DNA of 58,058 bases, filler included, from Sphacelaria rigidula (lineage: Eukaryota): NCBI GenBank assembly GCA_964200075.2. It is 9 parts of 9 records of this genome, joined end to end, with 100 filler letters (N's around TTAATTAATTAA, not from the genome) between each part and the next. Parts side by side here need not be neighbours in the genome. Positions count along the whole stretch, not along the records: positions 32,313 to 38,674 come from CAXNAA020020528.1; positions 38,775 to 45,136 come from CAXNAA020020529.1; positions 45,237 to 51,597 come from CAXNAA020020530.1; 6 more parts are not named here. The stretch is one strand, 5' to 3'. Below the pieces are notes generated by a model, which was not told the origin of the DNA, made no database searches, and saw nothing but the letters and a program-made list of their open reading frames with translations. The position numbers were made by a program, and so were the translations under genes. Every line of letters begins with the position of its first letter. Within the stretch, counting starts at the first letter, position 1. Shown piece by piece: positions 37,171 to 49,900 of this stretch.

Positions 37171-37425
37171 ACCGTGGAAAGCGACGATGTCGTGGGTACA
37201 CAAAATTCGACTCTACGGTCGACGAGGGAAAGGGACTGCTGAACCCCTCTCGCGATAAAAAATAAAGGCAAGCACCGCGGGAGGAAGGTGGAGTACTGAA
37301 AACAAACAAAAAAATAAAAACTCTTGTGTTGATTTTCCTTGTGTGTGACCCCGGCTGATGCGCCCACATATATACCGAAAGGTGTAGACCGGCGTCCAGA
37401 ATAGATGGGACGACAACACACACTC
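37171..37425 (+). mobile_element. 5'-truncated SINE copy
   Basis: Matches ~2580-2830 and ends in a CA tail. Confidence 0.87.
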
Positions 37426-38916
37426 ACTACACGAACTTCGAACATATGTGCCTTGATGCCAACCCCATACACAGACAGTAGCGCAGCATAAAATTACCAT
37501 CGCACCAGGATACGGCGTCAACACTTCTTATCCGCTCGTCAAACCCCGTGTGAAGCGCAGCTCTGCAAGCACAGACAGTTCAGCAGTGCAAGGTCGCACT
37601 TGTACAGTCTCCATTTGTCACCGTGGAAGCCGAGATACGTCTCCGCTGCCCGCAGACGTTGCGACAAGAAGCGCCCGTACGTTCACCGTTTGTCGACAGT
37701 CGACACACGGGGAGTAGTTCGAATCAATCAGATCACGTACTTTAACACCCCCTCCCATCTCAGGCACGGACGGCGTCGACACGCACAAGCGAAGGCAAAG
37801 AAGAAAGCGGTAATTAAGCTGAAACTTCTCGAGGATGTTTAAAGTGATTCGGAGAGCCGGTTGCTGCGTGTGATGCCTCCAACCTCCAAAAGTGCCTCGT
37901 TTAAAGTTGCGACAGTCAAGTCTGAGAAGTTGAATCAAGACTAATGCCGGTCAAAAGGAGTTGAGCTCGGCTGGTCTTGAGACCGCTAACAGACAGAAGC
38001 GAAACACAACGCCATGAGCACCAATGAAGCTGAAACATCTTGAGGGCGTCTCGGTTGATGTTAGAAGAGCGATGGGATGGACTTTTCGCGCAGCGCGGCT
38101 TCGAATCCATCTGGGAAAAAGAAAATGCGTGGTTCTGGCCTTCGTTGTGAGAGCGGACGGATAGGGCACTTACTTGTTGAATTTCGGTCCAGTAGAACCC
38201 TTTTCGGCCTAGGGCCTTCAAGGGATTTCCATCCTGGCGTGTATGCCGGTCCGGAACGTTTTCTAGTGGCGGTCCCCGATATATGTACAGTGGCAGTCTG
38301 TACATTNNNNNNNNNNGTCTAGGTTTTGGTGGCTTGTTTTACAGCGTCGTTGTCACTCGACGCCAAGCCAAGAGTCTAGAGGTGAGGGGGGGGTAATATC
38401 AGGGGAAATGACGGTTTCGGTCAGCACGGTAAGCTCACAGAGTCGGTAGAATGCGCTGAGGAAGTATCTACGCGATCGAGGCGCATTAGGCCGACACAAA
38501 AGTCATCGAGCACCCTCGCCAAAAGTGTGGGGAAAGCACAGTTTTGGGCTTGAACCTCATTTCATCGTACGACCTCATTTAATAGAATCATCTGTTCTTT
38601 GGTCGTCTGAGCCACACATAACAGTGTTTTCGGGAGATTGAGAGTAGATGATACGATGGAGAGTGGCTTTGATCNNNNNNNNNNNNNNNNNNNNNNNNNN
38701 NNNNNNNNNNNNNNNNNNTTAATTAATTAANNNNNNNNNNNNNNNNNNNNNNNNNNNNNNNNNNNNNNNNNNNNTTTGGGCGCGAAGTTGGTTTCAGCTT
38801 CGAGATTACATTTTGTCGGTTCGGGCACTTTTTCTCTGTACTCCCCCCCCCCCCCCCCCCCCCCCCTCCCTCCAACCTCAATATCGCCGACGCGCGCATC
38901 CGTCCATCACGATTAG

Positions 38917-39138
38917 ATCCACAATATACCGGAGCAAAATGGGGAGCTGGTCATAAGAAATTCCACCTTCACCGGTAACGTCGGAAAGGATCGAGGAGGA
39001 GCAATTACGGCTGTGGGACAAGGATCTGTTGACGTGACCAATTGCACGTTCATTGACAATGAGGCGTTAGGGGCAACTCCAGAGAAGCGTGCTGGATCAG
39101 GGGGTGGGATCTATGCCTCCCCAGGAATGTTCGTGACG
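38917..39138 (+). CDS. Internal exon of a POMP-repeat (FxxN/GGAI) parallel beta-helix protein
   Basis: LVIRNSTFTGNVGKDRGGAI...VTNCTFIDNEA...GGGIY; AG acceptor and GTCAGT donor; 222 nt in frame. Confidence 0.82.
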
Positions 39139-39676
39139 GTCAGTGAACAAGACAAGCTTCATGTTTTGTCTTTTCAGTTTTTCGTCGTGCTTTGAACTTA
39201 CCCCCCTCCTCCTCTGCCTTCTGCTCAGTCTCGGAAGGGATACGTGGTCAATGTTCAATCGACTACTGTAAGGGAAACAACAAATACATGAGTACGCGCC
39301 CCCCCTCCTGCTCAGGGCGAGTTCGTGGAAAACGTTGTACCACGGTGCCGAGATTCCAAAGTGCTGCGTAAAGATCTACGCATGTCATTTAGTTAGAGCT
39401 CGGTATTGGGTATTGGGTCGAAATTATACTGCTCCCAATACGCATAGGATATTTATATTTTCTAAGCGTGTTTTTGGGCCCTAACTTGAAGATGTCTGGC
39501 CAATCTTGTGCGAGAAAATATGCCCCAAAATTACTCAATATATCCGCATATTCTCGCATAGATATTCTAGATATGACATATATATTGCCCAAATATATGC
39601 AATATACCCAACAAAATATATGGAATATAGACGCGGATATCAGTAGCGAACAGACAGAAGGAGCTCGAAGGCTTGA

Positions 39677-40055
39677 TGTCTCGTAACTCTTACATATTAT
39701 TCCCTTGCTCGCCTAGCACACTGTTTTTACCAAAGGTAAACAGTAGAAGCAGATGTCTGGGTCGAAGGGCAGCTCAAGAGTGGGCAAGGGTGCATGGAAC
39801 GCATCCTATCCGACCTCGGCCCGAGAAGGAGTTTTGCCTCTTCGGGGCCAGGGCATGTCAGCCTGCACACTAACCTTCCCCAGGTAGGGTACACCAGTCT
39901 GTACACCAACCTTCCCCAGAACGTAGTCTGTACATCAACCTTCCCCAGAACTATGGGAGCATTCCCATGGATGGATCGAATGATCTGTGAGCCAACCTGC
40001 CCCGAAGTTGTTTGTGGGAACAAATAACGCCTCTCTATCGTCCTTCCTCATGACA
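39677..40055 (-). mobile_element. Putative 3' LTR of the gypsy element
   Basis: On the minus strand it begins TGTCA right after purine-rich GGGTGGGTAAG and ends GACA. Internal ~30-bp repeats (AACCTTCCCCAG x3). Confidence 0.55.
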
Positions 40056-40399
40056 CTTACCCACCCACACGAACCTTTATTTGAGTTGCGATGAAGTCTC
40101 AAGAGCAACTAAAATTCAGACTTGTCTCACCCATCAAGTCATGAGAAGACAACGCGAAAAAAAACGAAAAAACAAGAGGGCAATGACCAGCCCGGTGCCC
40201 GATCCTCCCAAACCCCAAACAAGAAAAACCAAAGGTGTCTCAAAAAGCGCAATTACGCAATTGCGGTTGACTGCGCAGTAGCACACAATGCTGCTGCGAG
40301 CTAGCGAACAGACGGAAAAGCACACAATGCTTTGACTCGCTAGCTAGGTAAAAAGCAAAGGAAAACCTCGCAAAGGACGCAGTGGCAATCTCAAGCAGG

Positions 40400-43300
40400 A
40401 AAACAAAGACGTAAGGACCCGAAAAGGGTCAAGTGCCAGCCAGACAAGGTAGCGGCAGCGTAGAGCCAACGGAAGGGCGCGAAGGGGGTCCAGAGGAAGT
40501 CGTCGAAGGAGCTGATGAGGGTAGAGACAAGCCGCGATAGGAGAGCCCTCGTAGGTGAAGCAGTGAAGAGGAGAGCGTACCTGAGTGGGAACAAGAGAAA
40601 TGCCGGAACCAAACTGGGAGGGGAGATAAAAATCGCGATAAAGCGAATGCGGAGAGATGGGACCCAAGATGGTGCATTGATGTCATGTGTACGATCGATA
40701 TGGCGCTGAAGACCTCGGCGTAGGCCGTGTGACTTGAAGCGTTGTAGGCACCAGGAGTCGCGGGGTGCGGAGGGGCTGGTCGTATAAAAATCGGGGCGAA
40801 GCTTGAGCTGAACGGGCCCAGGATCGTCGAGGAAACGCACGATGTACGTGTCGGCCGCTGGGGCATCGACGGAGTGGATCTGACCTAGCCAACAGAGGTA
40901 ATCGCTGCCCTTATACGACAAGTAGGCACCTTTAGGGAGCGGTTGCTGTTTTGCGCGAATCTTTCCGTCCCATTGTTTAGTGGGTACGAGTTCGTAACCA
41001 TCGGCTACAAAACGCAGTCCTTTGTCGCGGTGGAGTTCGCGGGCTGCGGCGCCGCGTCTCATGTTGCGATATCCCTTGTTGTCAGCGAGCTGTTGCTGTG
41101 GGGATTGTGTCCAATAGAGAAGGATAGCACGATGGTACAGGTGAAGGTCGGGCTCGCGTTCCCAAGACGCACGCCGAAGACCTTGCCAGTGTGTCTTGTA
41201 CATAACGGCAATTTTGCCGCCAGGGCCTCGAGTGATTTGGTGGCCGGAAACGTGGGACACGGCCAAGCGGAGAGGTTGTTCTGTCACGTCATCGGTGGTA
41301 ACGTGGTACGGTGGAAATGTTGTTGAGTAGCTGTTGAGCACGTATTGAGCGAGACCTGCAGGCAGGTATTGAGGCATGTCCGTAGTTTCATGCGGGTTCG
41401 TTCAAGGCTTGCAACGATGCACAGAGACGAGAGGTTTAGCGTCGTGCCCCTGGAGGTCACGAGGTAAATCGAGGTAGAGGAGTTCGTCGCCAACAGGCTT
41501 CCTGTCAGGAGATATCGGCGAGGGTCCGACTATGAGAATATTGAACGGACCCGTCCAATTGAGGAACAGTTTCGTCTTCAAGACTGTTGCCTGGGCAGTA
41601 CGGTCAGCGCCTTGACGGATGGTGGACAAACTGTTGTAGATCCAGACCCAATCGCCGATCTTTCAAGTAGGGCGTTTGTGCATCACGTTGTAAAAGGCGG
41701 TATTGGATCTTCCAGGGCGTGAGGCGTTGATAGCATGTTGTTCGGCACCAAAGTGAAAGCCTTGCGCTGACGAGCGCGGGCAAGGTCGTGTTAACACAGC
41801 TGATCCTGCTCCAGACCTTGGTGACCATCGAAGGTTTGTCTTTCGAAAACGGTGATGGGCAGATGAGGGTAGCGTCCAAGATGTAGCTTGTTGGGCGAGA
41901 GGCCCGTAGCCGCGTTAACCGAATTGTTGTAAGGCAGCATGACATGCGAAAGATGAAGGTCCCAGTCATTTTGTCAGTCGTTTACGACCATGGATAGCAT
42001 TTGAGCCATCGGGTGGTTCACACGTTCAGTTCCACCGTTACCGTTAGGGTGGTTGGCGCTCGTGGCAATTTTGCGAATGCCGAGGAGCTTGTACAAAGCA
42101 TCCGAGAGTTCGGAACAAAAGTGTGGACCATTACCGGAAAGAAGCCGTTTCGGGCAGCCATAGTGCTTAATGTAGTCATGGACGAGAATGCCCGTTGTGC
42201 CGGCAGCAGTGATATCGCTAACAGTAACAGCATACATAGCCGCGTGACGGCTGAAGCGGTCGGTGAAAAGTAGAATGTAGGTATTACCACGGTCAGTTGG
42301 GGGTAAAGGGTCGAAGTAGTCAAACGATACGAAGTGACCAGGAGCGTTAGGAAGCTCCATGGAAATCACCGGCCATCGCACAGTCCGTCCAGAGGTTTTG
42401 CGAGCCTGACATTTGAAACATCGCCGGACCCAAAAACGCGTGGATGCTTCCATGCCGATCCACCAATAAAAGCGTTCAAGGAGCGCTAACGTGCGCGTGA
42501 CGCCTAAATGGCGGGATAAATCAGAGTGGCAGCCTTTCATGACCCACGGACGCATCACGATAGGGACATAGATGCGGATGGGGGCCTCATGACGCATATG
42601 TCCCGAAGTGGCAGTTGTTACTGCGGCAGCCGTGGTCAAAGGTGAGTGGAATCGGCGAACAAACAAATGAACGTCGTCGTCAGCCGTGAAGATAATACCT
42701 TTGCGGGCCAGCTCGAGCACGTCAGACGCGGTGGGGGCGGGTAGAGTGCCCACGGGAGTCAGGATCTCAGCCGGGAAAGGGGTGGGGCAGTTGAGCCGTA
42801 AGTACGGCATTGTCGCACGACAGAGTAGTTCCTGTTGTTGGTCGCGAGCCCAATCGCGGTGAGAGTAGCTAGCGAGAAATTCTCGAAATTGTCCTTCAGC
42901 CGGAGAGCCAACCAAACATGGTGGCTCAGGAGGGGGTGGCACAGGTGAAGAAACAGGGGTGCCGACGTCAACATCTTGATCCGGGAGCGGATCTGACGCA
43001 TGTGAGCACGAGTCAGTGGCGCAGGTACTGGGAGATTCCCAAAAGGCGGCGTGGGGGTAGCGCGAACTTGTAAACTCGATCGGTGCGTGGGGCGCACAAG
43101 GGGCGCGGGCGGTGTTGGTACAGCACAGGGCACGCGGCCGGTTCTTGGAGGCGTGGTACGGCCCGTGGGGGCACGGGGCGGCGGCGGCGACGCATTGCTA
43201 GAAGCGGCCGGCGGCGGTGGTGGCATCACAGCACGCGAAGAATTTGCACGAGCTGCCGACCGAGAGCGCGTGTTCCGAGATATTCGTGCGAGGGCCAAAA

Positions 43301-43715
43301 GTTCGAAAGTCGGTAAAATCAGCAGCTGTGGGCGCTAAGCCATCCCAAACTGTATCAGGGGGCAGAGGGCCGGGGCCCCCCATGTGCAGACCTGTTTCAG
43401 GACATTGCAGGTCAAGCGCGTAGATGGGCGTAGAAAAACGCCGAATGGGGTAGGGGCCTGGTTCGTCAGGTTCAGTCAAGCGGCAAGTGGGATTGAAACC
43501 TACCGCTGTACGGGGCAGAGGCAATCGCGAAAGAAGGTCAACGTTGCCGTTGGTTTTGCCCGGACGGTGCTCAACAATGTACTGGTAGGCAGTCAAGAAC
43601 TCCAGCCACCGCTGTACGCGGGGGTTATGTTCTTCAACCTGAGCGAGTTGTTCAAGAGCTCCGTGATCTGTATAAATGTGGAAAGGCACGTGGAACAAGT
43701 ACACACCCTGGAAAA
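40400..43715 (-). mobile_element. Ty3/gypsy pol 3' part (RNase H, integrase, GPY/F, chromodomain), degenerate
   Basis: YTDHGAL...RVQRWLEFL..YQYIVEHRPGKTNGNVDLLSR; HHCC (CHSD..HLG, CFKCQARK); DRFSR, LLSGNGPHF, NGGTERVN; NWTGPF; YKTHWQG...SWERE. Several frameshifts. Confidence 0.95.
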
Positions 43716-45136
43716 TACAACATGTAATATATATTGCCCGTTCAATATATGGAGGCGTCGGGTGGTCAATATATATTGGGCGAGCAATATGACGACACCA
43801 GAGAGGATCAAAATATATGTTTTGTGCCATCAATCTATCAAGGCTCGCGACATGCACTATATATCGACCGAACAACATATCACGACACGCGCCACTTCAA
43901 TATATATTGGCCGAGCAATATGTTGGTGCGAGAAGGCACCAATATATGTTTATCGAGTAATGTGTTTCCTGCCACCCGAGGTCAATCTATATTGACGATT
44001 CAATATACTCGACACCCGAAGCGCCAGTATTTATTGCCGCCCCAATATGTCGTGCGTCAATGCGTCCAATATATATTGGGTGGACAATACACGAGGGAAC
44101 CGACGGTCACAATACATGTTGATGTAGCAAAATATATTGATCTTCAACTTATAGGTTGGAAGTGTATTGGAATTAGTAGTGTGGGCAGTTCTCTGTTCGC
44201 GGGCGCCATTCAAAGACGTATTTTACATGCCGAAAATGCTCAATGTATTCCTCCGCAAGCGTGTTCAATATATATATTGGCTGCACAATAGCTATCCGAT
44301 CAGCGTGTGCAATATATATTGGAAAAAAACAATACTTCTGCATGGTTTGCGTTTAATATATATTATGGTAACAATATCCTACGCATCGCCTCGACTTAAT
44401 ATATATTTTGACACTTCAATATATACACGGCCGGCATGCACAATCTATATTGATTGTTTTATTCCCGGAGCAACTGCATGTCCAATACATATTGACATGC
44501 ATTACTCCATGATCATGACACGAGCAATATATGCTGTTGCTTCAATATCTCCGAGGACATCTCAACACAATATTCATTGAAAGGACAATATTTGCGCTGG
44601 CTCCAATACAAAGTGTTGGTATCATATTGCAACATATTATATTGTCCAGGGTATAAGCAACAGAGCCCTGGTGACCACAGGGGTACCAAAAGGCGCATAT
44701 CGACCCGCGTTTTCTGTCGTCGTGATGTTTAGCCAAGATATTTACATTACATGCTGGAAAGGGGATGGGCGGCCCCGCACGGTGACCAGATAGGTATCAG
44801 GAGGCATATATACCGGGTCGCCTCTTCTGTCACCATATTTTCTAACCAGTATACATATATATATATATATATATATCAAACGCATTCGACAACTTTCTGC
44901 AGTAATGCACGCGAACTTCTGCGGCTCCCTCTAAAGCTTCTCCCAATCTGCACGGGCTCCGACATCCATCACGTCTGGATCTCTCGTAGAGCGTACATGA
45001 TGCTTATAATATCCAATATATATTGACCTGCCAATACATTGTCACCCACGCAGACCCAGTATATATTGACCGGTCAATATGTTGTCATCAATGCGACCCT
45101 AATATATATTGGTCGTGCAAAATGTTGTCGCCCACG
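43716..45136. repeat. AT-rich array of palindromic CAATATATATTG-like motifs, truncating the gypsy pol
   Basis: Many AATAT(AT)nATTG variants at irregular short spacing; similar sequence at 39400-39640. Confidence 0.7.
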
Positions 45137-45499
45137 NNNNNNNNNNNNNNNNNNNNNNNNNNNNNNNNNNNNNNNNNNNNTTAATTAATTAANNNNNNNN
45201 NNNNNNNNNNNNNNNNNNNNNNNNNNNNNNNNNNNNCCTCTGTCAAATGTTGTTTCTCTCTGGAGTTTAGAGAGGGGGGTGTGCGGCCATTTTCGGGCCT
45301 GATTATTTGTTTTCGTTCGTACGAACCGAGCACCGAATGAAGACAAAATATGGTTTCAACCGAAAATTGACCAAAAATATATGACAAAGATCGGACCAAA
45401 ATCTGGGCAAGGTGCAGGGCCCGTACAGTTTAGGGTATCCTCTTGTGTGGTACAGGGAAACTAAATTTGACTCGCGAATGCGTTAAGATATATGCGAAA

Positions 45500-48400
45500 A
45501 GACTAAAACTAGTGCGTAGGTGCCCGCTAGCCTGATCACCACCTTGTCCTCACTGTGCGACCCTCGGACGGCCAAGAAGCAAGTAAACAAGACTCGATAT
45601 GAACACCGTTCGTCTCGCCCGAAGCACTCTCACCTCCACTGTGTATCCGAACGGCTGCACGGCGATCTTCATGACCTCTCCAGCAGTCTTCAGCAGAAGT
45701 ACTAGCGGCAGGAGTCAGCAATGCCGACGGGGTCGTGTCGGCCGGCAGCTTCGACGGGAGCAACCCTGGGCCCACATACACTGCACCGCCGATATCGTGC
45801 TGTCGAGAAATACAGGGTGAAAACGAGCCCGACGGCAGTTGGAAAGATTGGTGAGAGTTCATGCCACCTCTCAAAACGAAAACATTATACACCTGCAAAA
45901 AGACCCGCCGCTACGGCAATTAGGGAACACGAGCTTTATTTTCGCATGTATACCGCCTAGCCGTGGTGTCGCTCTCTGTACCTTGAAGAGCCCAGAGGAG
46001 AATACTTTCTGGAACGTCTTCACCATGCGATCATCCACCACGACGGAGAGACAGGCATCTGAGAGAAGGAGCTCGATAGGGCGCCCGCCGTGAAGGGCGA
46101 TCTCCAGCAGCTGCGTACTCTCGACCCCAACATCAAGAGCAGCGTCGCCCTTGTTGGTGAACCTTCATGGATATGAAGAGGCAACGACTCCCTCTTTGTG
46201 TCGTCTGCGAACGGTGGTGAGAGCAAGATCTCTGGTATGTCAAGTATGAACTGCGATACAAAATACGGGACGACCGGCAGCAAGTCTGTCCAGCTGTATA
46301 CAGGCGGTGGTGTTTTACACTCCTCAACCAGTACTACCGGAAAAGATACAGTTGACTTCCGTGCCTGAGCATCGAGGCTGGTCACCGATCAGCTCGCGAC
46401 GGCGAATATATGTCTCAACTTTCCTAGAATATAGTTAACTATCGACGGGTAGTAACGCACCAGCTCCAAGGGCCGTGGAAGTCTTCACTTGTAGACCGCC
46501 TCGAATTCCTTCATGGCATCACCTTCCTGTTCTTCAGTCGGCAGGCTTTCTCCTGTCTCTGATATCGTCTTGTCCACGGACGATATATATCCCCCACGAA
46601 CAGCTGGAGATCTTCCAACCCGTACGTACCGTCTATCATTCTGTGCACACCGCTGTTCACAGAAATCGGAATCGAAAACATCAAACAACGTCGCACCACA
46701 CGTCGCACCACATTCTGTGACAGGTCGACTAGTGTGCAGTGATATTTACGCACACGGCGGCGCATTCTTACGTGGTCTCGATATAGACGGAGCGCCTTAG
46801 CTCGGGCGGCGGCCGGGCTACAGATTAATGGCACTCACTCGTCAAACCTGTCCGTCCAAGCAAGACGAGGCACCACGCTGTCGATTCTCTCCACCAGGTT
46901 GTGCTCGATGCGGGCGTTTTTGGTGATCCGATCCCAATCTTTCGGTGTGGGTGTCATCTTGTTCGCCCTCGAATGTCTGTCCTGGTACGGTCGAAAATCG
47001 AGGATGAATGTTGTTTGGGTACCGTCCTTGAGATCTTTCGTAAGCATCGCGATACATTCGAAATAAAGACACATCTGCACTCTCCGCCTGTGAAATGTGG
47101 CCTCGCTCATCCTCGAAAACAGCCATTTGCAATTTGTGACCTCCGGTGTTTACACGGAACGATATCGTCCTCCAGTGATTCTGGTACAAAACACTACGAT
47201 GAGTGAGGTCGCACATCACGGCCGGAGAATGCTTTTATATTTTACTTTCGAAACCTTTTCGGTGTTCATGAAGGTTCCCGAGGTTCGTCCTCTACCAAAA
47301 ATACTATCTTCAATTTTGAAAATAGACTGCTTCGAGCGGAGGGGGGGGGGGGCATGTGTAGTTATACCCTGGATAATTGGTCCTGACGGTCCATCAAACA
47401 GGACACATACCACATGACACACTCTCGTCATCCTTCGGTGCGGCGAATTAATGAAAGATAACTCGAGATTATCGCAACAAGCGACTGGATGTACCGGCGG
47501 TGCATACCTTACGAGCATATTGACGGCGATTGATTGCGCTGCGGGTTCGGCGTGTAGATCGCCGTAAGCCTTGCTCTTCAGGTACGTCAGCGAAACACAT
47601 TTTGATACCGGGGTCCGACGTCTGGAACGCCCAGGCAATTGCTTTCATTGCTTCCGGTGTAGTGGCAAAGCAGGCCTTGCGCCAGTGCCACATCGTCACT
47701 AGCGACAGAGAATTCAAACCCAGCTGTTTTCGGTTACGAGGGGACATCAACGGGCCATGGAGAAAGACATGTAGCAGATGCGGTAAAATCGAGTCGGCCA
47801 TTTCAGCGTCCGTGGAAGTTCAAAATGATCCATAGTACCGTACACAACTTCTCCCGACTGAACAGAATATCGGTACCGACCCCCACATCGAATCGCCGCC
47901 CCCCCGCTCCAGAGCAGCAACTTCACTGCGACCGTCGTGCGTGCTGCATTACATACGTTGTCGAGGTTTGTCGTGTTCGCTGCACACTGCGTTGTTTCTC
48001 GGCGTATGAGCGGGTGGGAGATGCAGTACACGCGTCGTAAACCCTCCGGCAACTAGTTGACAACAATACAAGCGGACTTGACTCGGTGCCGAGATGTAAC
48101 ATAAATGACCCGCGGCGCACATATGATACAATACGAATTTAAACTTCACCCAATGCCCACTACCGTCCCCGTGTAATGCAGACCCGGTTTTGTAGTACCC
48201 CGTCTTTCACATTCCATTACTCACGTTCGTGAACTCCTTTGCTATTTGCTCCCCCGTAACGCCATCACTCCCCGTCCTCTCGTGGACCGACGTTATGATC
48301 CCAACGTACATGTAAAGCTTGTCGTACGTGTTGCGGGGGGACAGAGTCTCGCCGACATCGTTTAAAGCTGTTCGAAGTCAGGCAGGCAGCAGCAACGCCT

Positions 48401-49900
48401 GCTTCTTCACTGTTGTGGTGTGCAGGCTGCAGGCGGCGGTGCAGTTGATTGTGTAAGGGAGGGGTGGGGGGTGGGGGGGGGGGATAGAGCGAGGGACGGC
48501 GAGAACATCCTAATATCGCGGTTAGTTGAAGGTCACGATCGGCCCACAAAGCCACCTGCACTCGTACTTCGACCACGTATCTGGGTCATATCAGTCTCCC
48601 ATGAGTACTAATAACCCATGTCCTTCGATAATATCTAACTTTGTAGCTAGTACAACGGTATCTTTGTTACGAGCTCCACTTTCGGTAGAATGGTGACCAA
48701 CTTGCCGCGTGTCAGGTGCCATGCCGCTGAAACAATCCCACCAGTCAAGCAGGTGAAAAAACCTAGTGTCTGATCACGCTTCGGGTGCACATAGCCACTT
48801 GCACTCAGGATCACAGGACATTCGTCGCGACATTCTGACGGTCAGGGCATGTTGATTCGTGGTCTCGGAAAGATTGATCTAAGTGTGGAACAAAGCCAAC
48901 TTCATCGTTGCTGTCCAAACATGACCAGCCCGCCCATGCTGTCACAAACGTATTGGCATCGCCTACTCTCAAACACTCACACTTACCAGAGGAATTAGTG
49001 TGGGGAGTGCGTTTCTGCCTATTACAGAGGCGGACCGCCTCGTGTTCGCGACCTCGGTTGAGCCCACGGAGCGGAGCGTCAAATCATGTGGGCATACCGG
49101 CGGCTTGACTCCAAAACGAACGAGAGCACGTGCCATGCCAGAAACCCGATAAAAATATGGGGTCGATATATGTTTCTGACGGCTTGGTGTGTACTCGTTT
49201 CTTCACAAGAGCTTTTGCTGTGTCGAAGAACCTCGTTGAGAACGCCAAGAGGAATCCGGTGCTCCATCGGTATCGAGAACCACGTGAGTACAGTATCGTA
49301 TATCTCGTCGCCAAGTTTGGGCAGATGTGTGACGCCCGCTGTCGTGTAGCAAAGCGAACATACTATCATGTAGATTTCACAATATACGGCGGTACTGTAC
49401 TAGGCGAGCGCGACGTCAAAATAGACCGAAAATGTATGCTACCACAGCCTGCTGTAACCGTGCTTTACTGTAGCGCCGGCCAACACGTACCGGCCCACTG
49501 TTTCTTGCCGTCGTACCCAGCGAAAACAACCGGTACAGGTTTGAATCTTGAAATCTACTACTGAATCCAGGTTTACTGTATTGCGACCGCGATCCGCCTC
49601 GGGACAGTTTAATCGGCTGACAGTCCAGGAACATTCGCGGGTTTCCAGATATCAGGGGAGGTTATACGAACAGCCGGAGAGCTCAAGAAGTCAATCATTT
49701 GTTTTTGGAAGTAAAGACTCCGCTCGCAGTCGTTCGGGTGTACCTGGCCCTTCTCGCTTTGCCAGAATAGCTTCAAACTGTCTGTAGTGTTGTTGGGAAA
49801 CACGAAGCAGAGACATCAACAGCGTGCATGCAACTACGGAAACTGAAAGGTGCTCGTCGAAGATATACTGTTCCATACTATACTGACTTTGCGTGCACTT
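45500..49900 (-). pseudogene. Cluster of decayed intronless minus-strand reading frames of unknown (possibly viral) origin
   Basis: Track ORFs 47638-47216, 47110-46835 and 46834-46511 share one frame, and 49876-49691 and 49369-49079 share another, broken by scattered stops. No recognisable domain and no local repeat families. Confidence 0.3.

Noticed and set aside
42759..43298. Proline-rich 179-aa ORF as a host gene
   Set aside because: It lies between the RNase H and integrase of the gypsy pol, so it is frameshifted linker.
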